Shown here: piece after piece, positions 55,838 through 64,000 of the stretch | Layout: each line of letters opens with the position of its first letter | Position numbering within the stretch: position 1 is the stretch's first letter | Origin: Vicinamibacteria bacterium | GTDB lineage: Bacteria > Acidobacteriota > Vicinamibacteria > Vicinamibacterales > JAENWD01 | Reading direction: 5' to 3' | Assembly (NCBI GenBank): GCA_963818215.1 | Contig: CAWFRL010000021.1 | Location: 340,958 to 404,957, forward strand | DNA: 64,000 bases | Made by a program: the position numbers and the translations under genes | Notes under the pieces: generated by a model | Told to the model about the DNA's origin: nothing | Databases searched by the model: none | The model's input: only the letters and a program-made list of their open reading frames with translations

Positions 55838-58403
55838 TCAGTGCGGCCGGTTCACCGACGGCTGCGTGGGGATCTTAGCAAACACCGACCGCGGCTTGCC
55901 GTTCTCGGAGTCCTCGACGGGCTCGGTCGCCTGGCCCAGTCGCTGTGCTTTGCGCTGCGCCTTGTCCTGATACATCCGCTTGTCGGCCGTCGCCAGCAGC
56001 GTCTCGTACGCCTCGCCGTCGCGCGGGAACACGGCGTTGCCAAACGAGCTTCCGAGCTGGACGTAGCGGCCGGGCCGGACCTCAAACGGGATGTCCGCGA
56101 TCGACTGTTGCAGCTCGCGCTGCTTCTGCTGGGCCTCCTCGGCGCCACAACCCGACAGCACGACGACGAACTCATCGCCCGCGTAGCGAACGCAGATGTC
56201 GTACGGCCGGATCCCCGAGCGCAGGACACGCGCCACCTCGCGCAGGGCCTTGTCCCCCACGTGATGGCCATGCATGTCGTTGATCTCCTTGAACCCGTCA
56301 AGGTCCATCACCAGCAGGGAGACCTCGGTCTTCAAACGCTCGGCGCGCGCCAGCTCGCGCGTGAGGTGCACGAACATGAAGCGCGTGTTGGGAAGGCCGG
56401 TGAGCGGGTCGGTGAGCGAGTCGCGCTTGGTCTCCTCGAAGACGATCGAGTTGTTGACCACGCCGGCCGCCTGTTCGGCCACGCGATCCAGCAGGCGCCG
56501 ATGGTCGTCGGTGAAGCGTCCCGGCTCGGTGTCATACACCGCAATCGCGCCGATCAGCCGATCGTTGAACACCAGCGGGCACACCAGCGCCGACTGCAGC
56601 GTCGTCTCGCCGCTGGCGCCGCCGGCCTCCAGGTCGGCGCTCGGCCGCGCGTTCACGAGCGGGCGCAGGTTGCGACCCACCCAGCCGACCAGGCCCTGCC
56701 CGTTTTTCACGGCCAGCGGCTGCAGGATCTCGGCGTCGACGCCGGTGGCAAACCGGCACCGCAGCAGGTCGCCGGATTCCTCGTGCAGGAAGAGCGCGCA
56801 GGTCGTAAACGGCACGAGGCTGCTCAACTTCGACGAGATGAGCGCCATCGTGTCGGCGACGCCGAGGCTGGTGCCCATCGACTGCGCGATTTCGTAGAGC
56901 GCGTAGATCTCGCGATGCGCCAGCGCGATGTCCTGGAACACGCGCTTGGGCGCCTGGTCGACAGGCGCGGCGACTACGGGCACGCCGCTGAGGGCCGCAA
57001 ACGACAGCCGTCGCGCCGGTTCGATCTGCTGCCGCGCCTCGTCGTCGAGCGACGGCAGGTGCTCGACGAACAGATCGACCAGGTGCGGGTCGAATGCGAG
57101 ACCCGCCTCGGTCTGCAGGACGTCCAGCGCTTCCTCGGTGGTGAGCGCGCGATGCGACGGCCGCTCCGACGTCAACGCGTCGAAATGATCGACGACGGCC
57201 AGGATCCGCGCGCCCAGCGGAATCTCGTCGCCCTTGAGCCCGGCCGGATACCCCTTGCCGTCCCACCGCTCGTGGTGGCCGTGGATGACCGGTGCGACCG
57301 GATAGGGAAACGGCACCGTCGCGATGATCTCGGCGCCTACCTGCGGATGCACTTTCATCCGCTGGAACTCTTCGTTGGTCAGCGGCCCGGGCTTCGACAG
57401 GATGTGCTCGGGCACCGCGAGCTTGCCGATGTCGTGGAGCAGCGCCGCCGTCCGGATGCCCTGCACTTCGGCCGGCGACATGCCCACCACGCGCGCCAGG
57501 CCGGCGGCATGCACCTGGACGCGCCGGATCCGCGAGGTCGCCGTCTGATCCTTGGCGTCAATGGCGAGCGCCAGCGCTTCGATCGTCGCCAGGTGCACGT
57601 CGCGACATCTCGCCTGCGCGCCGCCGCTCGTGTTCCACGCGATCGGAGTAGACGCGGTAGGTCCGGTGCGTCAGGTACAACGGGCCCACCAGCAAGCGGA
57701 GTGAGCCAGGCGCCGTCGCCCGCCAGCAGCACCGCGGCGGTCGCCGCAACGCCGCCGCCGACGATGTAGCTGAGCGCACTCCACACGGCGTGTTCGTTCC
57801 ACACCTTGGCCAGCGGCTCGCCGCTGGTGAGGGACACCGCGACGGCGGTGAGTGAGCGTGTTCAACACGAAGTAGGTGAGCGCCGCGCCGAGGATGGCCT
57901 TCTCCTGCCCGATCAACCCCGGCACCGAGAACGCCACCTCGCCGCCCAGACCGAGAAACACCAACCCCGACGCCTTGGCGGTTACCGCCAGCGGCGGCCA
58001 TGCTGAAGGCCGTGCGGTGGAGCGGCGTGCGGGCGGACACGTTGACCGTGCTCTGGACCCAGGCGGCCACCGCGGCGATGATGAGCGTCGGATGCGGGCC
58101 AAGCAGGAGGAGCCCGGCAAAGGCAAAGGCAAACGACAGCGACATCGTCGCGCCCTGCAACGAGAACGGCAGATCGACCCGGAACAGCGCCGCGCCCGAC
58201 GCCCCCGCCAGCAGGGCCAGGAAGACGGGCCAGTGCGAGTAACTCGCCGAGGTCTGCAGCAACAGCGCCCCGCCGCCGGCCGCCATCACGAGCGCGAAAA
58301 ATGCCCGCGCGGCAAAAGGCAGGTCGACGAAGGTCGCCGGCAGCTCCGGTTGCCCCGGGACGAGTCGTGACCCCGTGAGAGGGCCTGTCAGCGCAAGGCT
58401 CAT
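55838..58403 (-). CDS. Membrane-anchored HD-GYP + GAF + GGDEF c-di-GMP turnover protein
   Basis: About 6 TM helices at the N-terminus; LLHDIGK, HHERWDGKGYP; GAF domain; TDPLTGL.N, DLDGFK.IND..GH..GD, RYAGDEF. Confidence 0.92.
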
Positions 58404-58453
58404 GAAATCGCGGACGAGGGTTACCTGAAACCTTCGTCCAGTCGAACTGACAA

Positions 58454-58470
58454 AGCAATGGGACTGCCAA
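58454..58470 (-). promoter_or_regulatory. Sigma54 promoter
   Basis: Minus strand TTGGCAGTCCCATTGCT with GG-N10-GC, about 50 nt upstream of the HD-GYP/GGDEF start. Confidence 0.75.
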
Positions 58471-58703
58471 GCCCGGCGCCCATCTGGTGAACTACCAGTA
58501 AACCACATCGTTACAGTCATTTAACGCCAATATTTGCAGCGCCGACCCGCGCCTGCCGGCCCCTTGTCCAACCTTGTCGTGTCTCGAAATAGCACGCAGG
58601 TTTGTGATCAGGCTGACAAATCTCGCCAGTTACACAGCATTTCGCCGACTCTCGATGTCTTGAAACGGAACAGCTCGAGCGGAGGATGGGGGCTGTAGGC
58701 CGA

Positions 58704-60082
58704 TTATTCCCCGTTTTGCCGTGTGCCGTTTCGAGACGCTCGTGGGGGCTCGAGCTCGTATTCTTCGATCTTCCGGTAGAGGGTGCCGCGACTGATGTCG
58801 AGCACGCGGGCCGCCTCCTTCTTGTTCCAGCCCACCGACTCGAGCACGCGCAGGACGTGCCCACGCTCGGCCTCTCGCAGCGACGGCAACCTGTCGCTCG
58901 GCGCCGCTGGGGGTCACGGCAGAAGCGTGCAGGAACTCGATGTCGCTGGCGCGGATGACCGTTCCCGGCGACGACAGCGCCGCGCGCGACACCGTGCTTT
59001 CGAGCTCGCGGATGTTGCCCGGCCACGGATAGGCGACCAGCTGGTCCGCCGCGTCCTTGCCGAAGCTCTTGGCGTCCAGCGGCAGGCCGTTGGTCGCACA
59101 GTAGCGCGCGAGAAAGCGTTGCGCAAGCACCGGAATGTCGGCCGGGCGTTCCCGCAGCGAAGGCAGCCGGATGGCAAACGCGTTGACCCGGTAGTAAGAG
59201 GTCCTCGCGGAATCGCCCGTCGCGGACAAACAGATCCAGCGGCCGGTTGGTGGCCGAGATCAGGCGGAAATCCACCGAGATCGAGCGGTTGCCGCCCAGA
59301 CGCTCGAACCGGCGTTCTTCGAGCACCCGCAGCAGTTTGGCCTGGGCGACGATGGACAGGTCGCCGATCTCGTCGAGGAAGAGCGTGCCGTCATTGGCCA
59401 GTTCGAGGCGGCCTGGCTTGCGATCGTGCGCGCCGGTGAAGGCGCCCTTTTCGTAGCCGAAGATCTCGGACTCAAACAGCGTGTCTGGCAGCGCCGCGCA
59501 GTTGACCGCCTGGAATTTCGCCTCGGATCGCCGGGACAGGTCGTGAATCATCCGTGCGACCAGTTCCTTGCCCGACCCGGTGGGGCCCAGAATCAGCACG
59601 GAGATGTCGGACTTGGCGGCCGTCCGAATCCACTCGAAGACAATCAGCATCTTCTCGTCGCGGCCGATCATCTCGCGGAAGCGCTGAACCGCCGGGGACT
59701 GGTCCTCGGTGGAGACGGTGGCGCGGCGTTCGAGGAATGCCTCGACCAGCGGGGCAATCGGTCCGCCCTGCCGGTGGAACTGATACCGGACGGGATCGCC
59801 CGACAGGCGCCGGATGACGCCGAAATCGACGAGCTCGCGGACGCAGTTGGCGACGTCGAGCCGCAGGCGTCCGAAGGCGGCCATCAGGGCCTCGAGGTCG
59901 GGGGTGTCGTCGGGCCGCGCCGCCAGGAACCTCAGCAATCCCGCCCGAAGCGGGGACTGCACGAGGGTCTTGAACCGGCCCTCGAGGTCGGAAGGCGAAT
60001 CGGGCTGGACGGCGGGCTGCACGATCAGGGTTATCGGATCGTGTCCAGTAACGGGACAGTTGGATTGCAATGCAATCGTCAA
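58704..60082 (-). CDS. Sigma54-dependent enhancer-binding protein (AAA+ and Fis HTH), no receiver domain
   Basis: GPTGSGKE, ESEIFGYEKGAFTGA, LFLDEIG, FREDL, WPGNIREL, NKKEAARVLDISRGTLYRKI; start uncertain. Confidence 0.92.
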
Positions 60083-60483
60083 TCCCCCCTGCCGGCCTTG
60101 TAGTAGTCAGTCTGGAACCGCTCGATGAGCTCCTTCATCTCCATCGCGTCCCCCTTGTGATGGCCGCGGCAGTGGATGGCGTTGTGGCCTCCGGTGGTCT
60201 CGATGCACACGTGGGCGAACAGCATGTCGGTGTCGACCTTCACGGATGCAACGTGCGCGATGTTGATCGTCTGCTCGAGCTGGCCGAACCACTGCGGGGT
60301 GTAGTGCACGACGCTGGTCGGCGTGATCTTCACCTGGGTGGGGAACAGCCGGTTGCCTCGGCTCAAGCGGCTGGCGAGAAAGACGTGATCGCCGCTGATG
60401 CGTCCGGACTTGCGCAGCAGCCACCACGCGACCGCCACAAACGCCAGCAGGACGAGCCCGAGGCCGATCGTCAAAGGATCCAT
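60079..60483 (-). CDS. Small membrane-anchored bacterial PH-like domain protein
   Basis: N-terminal TM helix; ASRLSRGNRLFPT, I.IAHVASV, IETTGG. Confidence 0.65.
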   Translation of the reverse strand: MDPLTIGLGLVLLAFVAVAWWLLRKSGRISGDHVFLASRLSRGNRLFPTQVKITPTSVVHYTPQWFGQLEQTINIAHVASVKVDTDMLFAHVCIETTGGHNAIHCRGHHKGDAMEMKELIERFQTDYYKAGRGD

Positions 60484-60579
60484 GGGGCGTAACACTGCAC
60501 ACGCCGCTGCCAGCGTGTCAAGCGCCCGAGCCTTGGGTGTACACTATCGCTCACGAGTCGATCTCAAGGAGCCGCATCA

Positions 60580-61746
60580 GTGCCCCATCGTGCGCCAGGC
60601 GCGTCAGACGGCCGCAAGGGCCATTACCTCTCCGGCAAGCCCATCAAGTACTACCGCCCGCGCGGCAGCCAGGACGTCCGCGCGCTGGTCGACGATGGCT
60701 TCCAGGCGTTCAACGGGGCGCGGCTGTCCGAGGCGTGCCACATCTTCTCCGAGAAGATGCTGGACCCCGACAACGACACCACCATCGGCATCACCGTGGC
60801 CGGCGCGCTGACGCCGGCCGGGCTCGGCGGCTGCCTGATCGAGTTGATGGAGCGAGGGCTGGTGGACTTCGTCATCAGCACCGGCGCAAACCTCTATCAC
60901 GACCTGCACTACGCGCTGAACTTCACCCTGCACCGCGGGTCGCCATTTCTCGACGATCGGGATCTGTACGACGAGGGCGTGATCCGGATCTACGACGTTC
61001 TCTTTCCCGCCACGGTGCTGCTCGAGACCGACGCGTACGTGCGCGACTTCCTCGTGCGCTGCGGGATCGACGAGCCCATCTCGACCTCCGAGCTGCACGT
61101 GCGGCTCGGACAGGACTTGCTGTCGCGCCGCGAAGGCTGCGAGAACTACTCGGTGCTTGCCGCTGCCGCCAAGTACGGCGTGCCCATCTACACGTCGTCT
61201 CCCGGCGACAGCTCCATCGGGATGAACATCGCCTACCACGAGTTCATGAACAACAGCCGCCTGATGATCGACCCGAACAAGGACGTCAACGAGATCTGCG
61301 CCATCGTCCTCTCCGGGCACAAGAACGGCTGCGTGATCCTGGGCGGCGGCTCGCCGAAGAATTTCTACCTGCAGGCGCAGCCCACGCTCTGGGAGGTGTA
61401 CGGAATCCAGAAGGGCGGCAACGAGTACTTCATCCAGTTCACCACCGATCAAGTGGTCTGGGGCGGACTGTCGGGCGCCACGCCATCGGAGGCCGTCAGC
61501 TGGGGCAAGGTCAACCCTGGCGTGCTGCCCGACACGGTGGTGGCCTACGTGGATTCGACCATTGCGTTCCCGATTTTCTGCGAGTACGCGGTCGGCGCGC
61601 GCTTCGGCCGGCGAGAGCGGCGCAACCTCATTGCCAGGCGCAGCGAGCTGCTGGCAACCTTGCGTGCCGAGGCCAGGGCGGCGGCCGTGTCGCGGCCGGC
61701 CGTGGGCGAGATCGAGACCATCGGCGATCTGGACAGGAAGACGTAG
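60580..61746 (+). CDS. Deoxyhypusine synthase-like protein (probable homospermidine synthase)
   Basis: STGANLYHD, DSSIG, GGGSPKN, GGLSGA.PSEAVSWGK with the catalytic Lys. Confidence 0.9.
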   Translation: MPHRAPGASDGRKGHYLSGKPIKYYRPRGSQDVRALVDDGFQAFNGARLSEACHIFSEKMLDPDNDTTIGITVAGALTPAGLGGCLIELMERGLVDFVISTGANLYHDLHYALNFTLHRGSPFLDDRDLYDEGVIRIYDVLFPATVLLETDAYVRDFLVRCGIDEPISTSELHVRLGQDLLSRREGCENYSVLAAAAKYGVPIYTSSPGDSSIGMNIAYHEFMNNSRLMIDPNKDVNEICAIVLSGHKNGCVILGGGSPKNFYLQAQPTLWEVYGIQKGGNEYFIQFTTDQVVWGGLSGATPSEAVSWGKVNPGVLPDTVVAYVDSTIAFPIFCEYAVGARFGRRERRNLIARRSELLATLRAEARAAAVSRPAVGEIETIGDLDRKT

Positions 61747-61761
61747 TCGAGGGGAAGTGCG

Positions 61762-62190
61762 GTGGGAACCCTCTTTGCGGAGCTGGCCGCGCGCGCCGGT
61801 CCCCCGACCGGGCCCCGTATCTATGCCGATGCCAACGTGCCGGCGGGTGTCATCGCGTACATGCGGGAGGCCCTGCAGTGGGACGTGCTGTTCGTCATCG
61901 AACACGACGACTTGCGGCGCGCCCCGGACCGGCGCCACTTCGTGTTGTCGAGACAACTCGGGCGAACGCTGGTGACACTCGACCGCGACTATCTTGACGA
62001 CCACATGTATCCGCCGGGTGAGACAAGCGGGCTCATCGTGCTCTACGCGCCGACCGAACAGCTGTTGACCAGAACCCTGCAGCAGATCGACGAACGCATC
62101 TTCAAGGCCACGCCGCCACCCGCATCGGGATTTCCGCTGCCCTTGCGGGGTCGAAAGCTCGTGGCCGATCCGGAGTGGGTTGACGCATGA
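61762..62190 (+). CDS. DUF5615 family PIN-like protein
   Basis: IYADANVP...WDV...PD...RTLVTLDRDY. Confidence 0.8.
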   Translation: MGTLFAELAARAGPPTGPRIYADANVPAGVIAYMREALQWDVLFVIEHDDLRRAPDRRHFVLSRQLGRTLVTLDRDYLDDHMYPPGETSGLIVLYAPTEQLLTRTLQQIDERIFKATPPPASGFPLPLRGRKLVADPEWVDA

Positions 62191-63380
62191 CCACGATACT
62201 GTCTGGCGGCGCCGTTGTGCTCGCCGATCGCGTGCTGGAGCCCGGCACGCTCGTCCTCGAGAGCGGGCGCATCGTCGAGGTCCGGCCGGGCCGTGCGCCG
62301 GCTGGCGACGGCGTCGTCGACGTGACCGGCCACGTGATCGTGCCCGGCTTCATCGACGTGCACGTTCATGGGGTCGAGGGGCAGGACACGCTGAGCACGG
62401 CCAACGCCGTGGCCGAGATCGCGCGCCGGCTGCCGCGCTACGGCGTCACGGGATTCTGTCCCACGACGGTCGCGTGCGGGCCGGCTGAGCTGCGGCATCT
62501 GCTCGACGGCATTCGCGCGGCACGGGCGACGCCGGTCGAGGGCAGCGCGCACGTGCTGCCGGCGCACCTCGAGAGCAACTTCATCGCGCCGGACTTCCGC
62601 GGCGCGCAGCCGCTGGCGTGTCTCCGCCGGCCGACGCCCGAGGTGCGGCCGGGGCCGAACTCCGAGGCCGAGCCCTTTTCCGGGGCCGACATCCTCGCCG
62701 TGATCGCAAGCGCCCGCCAGCAGGTGGGCATCCTGACAATCGCGCCTGAACTGGACGGCCACCTCGACTTGATCCGCGACCTGGTCGGCCACGGTCATAT
62801 CGTCTCCCTTGGACATTCGGGAGCCACCTTCGATCAGGGCCTGGCCGGTGTCGAGGCCGGTGGCCGGCACGCCACGCATCTGTTCAATCGCATGCCCCCT
62901 CTGTCGCATCGCGCGCCCGGCCTCATCGGCGCCGTGCTGTCGCGGCCCGAAGTGCGCGCCGAGATTGTGTGCGATGGCTATCACGTGCATCCGGTCGTCG
63001 CCCGGACGGCGATTGCGGCCCTCGGCCGCGAGCGCGCGATGGCGATCACCGACGGCACCGCGGGGGCGGGACTGCCGGTGGGGTCGGTCGTGCCGCTTGG
63101 AAGCCACACGATCACGGTGACAGAGGACGCGTGTTTTCTCGCCGACGGCACGCTGGCCGGCAGCCGTCTCACGATGGACGGCGCCTTCCGGGTGTTGATT
63201 TCGCGGACGGGCCTCTCCCTGGTCGACGCCGCCTACATCTGTGCGACCACTCCCGCCAGGCAACTGGGGCTGACCAGGACGGGCGAGATCGCGGTGGGCA
63301 TGTCGGCCGATCTCGCCGTGCTGACCGGCGATTTCAAGGTCGTGGCGACCTATATCGACGGGGTGAAGTCAGGAGGCTGA
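62187..63380 (+). CDS. nagA: N-acetylglucosamine-6-phosphate deacetylase
   Basis: PGFIDVHVHG, HLE, TIAPE, GHS, THLFN.M, DG.HVHP, ITD, LAGS. Confidence 0.93.
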   Translation: MTTILSGGAVVLADRVLEPGTLVLESGRIVEVRPGRAPAGDGVVDVTGHVIVPGFIDVHVHGVEGQDTLSTANAVAEIARRLPRYGVTGFCPTTVACGPAELRHLLDGIRAARATPVEGSAHVLPAHLESNFIAPDFRGAQPLACLRRPTPEVRPGPNSEAEPFSGADILAVIASARQQVGILTIAPELDGHLDLIRDLVGHGHIVSLGHSGATFDQGLAGVEAGGRHATHLFNRMPPLSHRAPGLIGAVLSRPEVRAEIVCDGYHVHPVVARTAIAALGRERAMAITDGTAGAGLPVGSVVPLGSHTITVTEDACFLADGTLAGSRLTMDGAFRVLISRTGLSLVDAAYICATTPARQLGLTRTGEIAVGMSADLAVLTGDFKVVATYIDGVKSGG

Positions 63381-63402
63381 TGGGAGGTTATGCGGAGCGG
63401 CT

Positions 63403-63552
63403 TTATCCGCAGATGACGCAGATTACACAGATTCCTAGCGGAAACAGTTCCTGGCGCAGCGCCCGACCGGCGCGTGCGAAGTCGCCGCGGGCCAATCGCG
63501 CAAGACGGAAGTGCTGAACAAATCTGCGAAATCTGCGAAATCTGCGGATGAA
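63403..63552. repeat. MITE-like unit: inverted arms of 3x nonamer repeats around a spacer of about 87 nt
   Basis: Left arm ttatccgcagatgacgcagattacacagatt; right arm aatctgcgaaatctgcgaaatctgcggatgaa. Confidence 0.8.
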
Positions 63553-63589
63553 ATGAGGACATGAATCCCTGGAATCCCGGCCGGCCGAG

Positions 63590-63617
63590 GAAACTCCGGG
63601 CGAGCCGGGCTCGTATC
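63590..63617 (+). promoter_or_regulatory. Putative ECF-sigma promoter
   Basis: GAAAC-N17-CGTATC upstream of the DUF4097 gene. Confidence 0.55.
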
Positions 63618-63644
63618 ACCTGATCTGTGGAAGGGAGACCTGCA

Positions 63645-64000
63645 ATGGTGAAGTTTCGCGCCGTGGCGCCCGCGCTGGTGGCTGCTGCCATCCTCGGGTC
63701 CGGATGCTCGATCAATCTGAGCGCCGAGCACTACATCGGCAAGGAAGAGAAGACGTTTGCCGTCACCGGCAAGCCCGAGTTGCTGCTCAAGACGTTTGAC
63801 GGCTCCATCGAGGTCACGACCTGGGACAAGTCCGTTGTCGGCGTCACCATCGAGCGCCGGGCGGGAAGCCAGGCCGAGGCGGAGGCGCTGAAGGTCACGA
63901 CCTCTCAGGACGGCAACCGCATCGTCGTCGAGGCGGTGCAGCCCGAGCGAAGTGTGCAGGTCGGCATCCACGTCGGCCGCTCGGTGAGGTTCGTCGTGTC
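63645..64000 (+). CDS. DUF4097 beta-strand-repeat lipoprotein (5' part, runs off the window)
   Basis: RBS AAGGGAG; lipobox ILGSGC; EEKTFAVTGKPELLLKTFDGSIEVTTWDK. Confidence 0.8.
   Translation, partial: MVKFRAVAPALVAAAILGSGCSINLSAEHYIGKEEKTFAVTGKPELLLKTFDGSIEVTTWDKSVVGVTIERRAGSQAEAEALKVTTSQDGNRIVVEAVQPERSVQVGIHVGRSVRFVV

Noticed and set aside
25279-63552. Short tandem repeats as possible CRISPR arrays
   Set aside because: Units are 7-9 nt with no unique spacers of about 30-40 nt, and there are no cas genes in the window.
1-64000. Frameshifts in most genes, suggesting mass pseudogenisation or programmed frameshifting
   Set aside because: Indels hit essential genes (fabI, argH, cyoE) uniformly without accumulated nonsense codons; uncorrected long-read error is the best explanation.

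Overview
High-GC (about 68-70%) bacterial chromosome segment. Gene content (Acidobacterial-type VWA protein, DUF4097, DUF2339, M14/M19/M20D peptidases, Ser/Thr kinase-TPR) suggests Acidobacteriota, probably Vicinamibacteria; this is inference. Most genes are split by 1-bp indels, most likely uncorrected long-read errors, so CDS boundaries are stitched across frames and are approximate. Core content: a beta-lactamase-like/NamZ fusion, a heme o synthase-ABC-DUF420 cluster, an M23 peptidase, tRNA-Glu(CTC), eda, pxpA, a divergent arg cluster (argC-B-D-[argA remnant]-J-F and argR-G'-H) with tandem ARG boxes, fabI, an HD-GYP/GAF/GGDEF protein beside a sigma54 activator, and a DHS-like/PIN/nagA operon. 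An accessory block follows the tRNA (kinase-TPR, SYLF, DUF502, sortase plus LPRTA substrate, TIGR03067). Most notable observations: (1) an unannotated structured RNA of about 100 nt with a perfectly spaced sigma54 promoter and its own terminator, directly behind a solo DGQHR (DndB/ParB-like) gene; (2) a sigma54-driven lipoprotein with HipA/PI3K-like kinase motifs heading a CHASE2-cyclase/M48/cNMP-MscS cluster; (3) a sigma54-driven sortase/LPXTA pair in a presumed diderm; (4) catalytically eroded ArgG and proline-racemase homologues plus a 60-aa Cys-rich ArgA remnant; (5) a family of 7/8/9-mer intergenic repeats, some forming inverted MITE-like units; (6) apparently widespread leaderless transcription.
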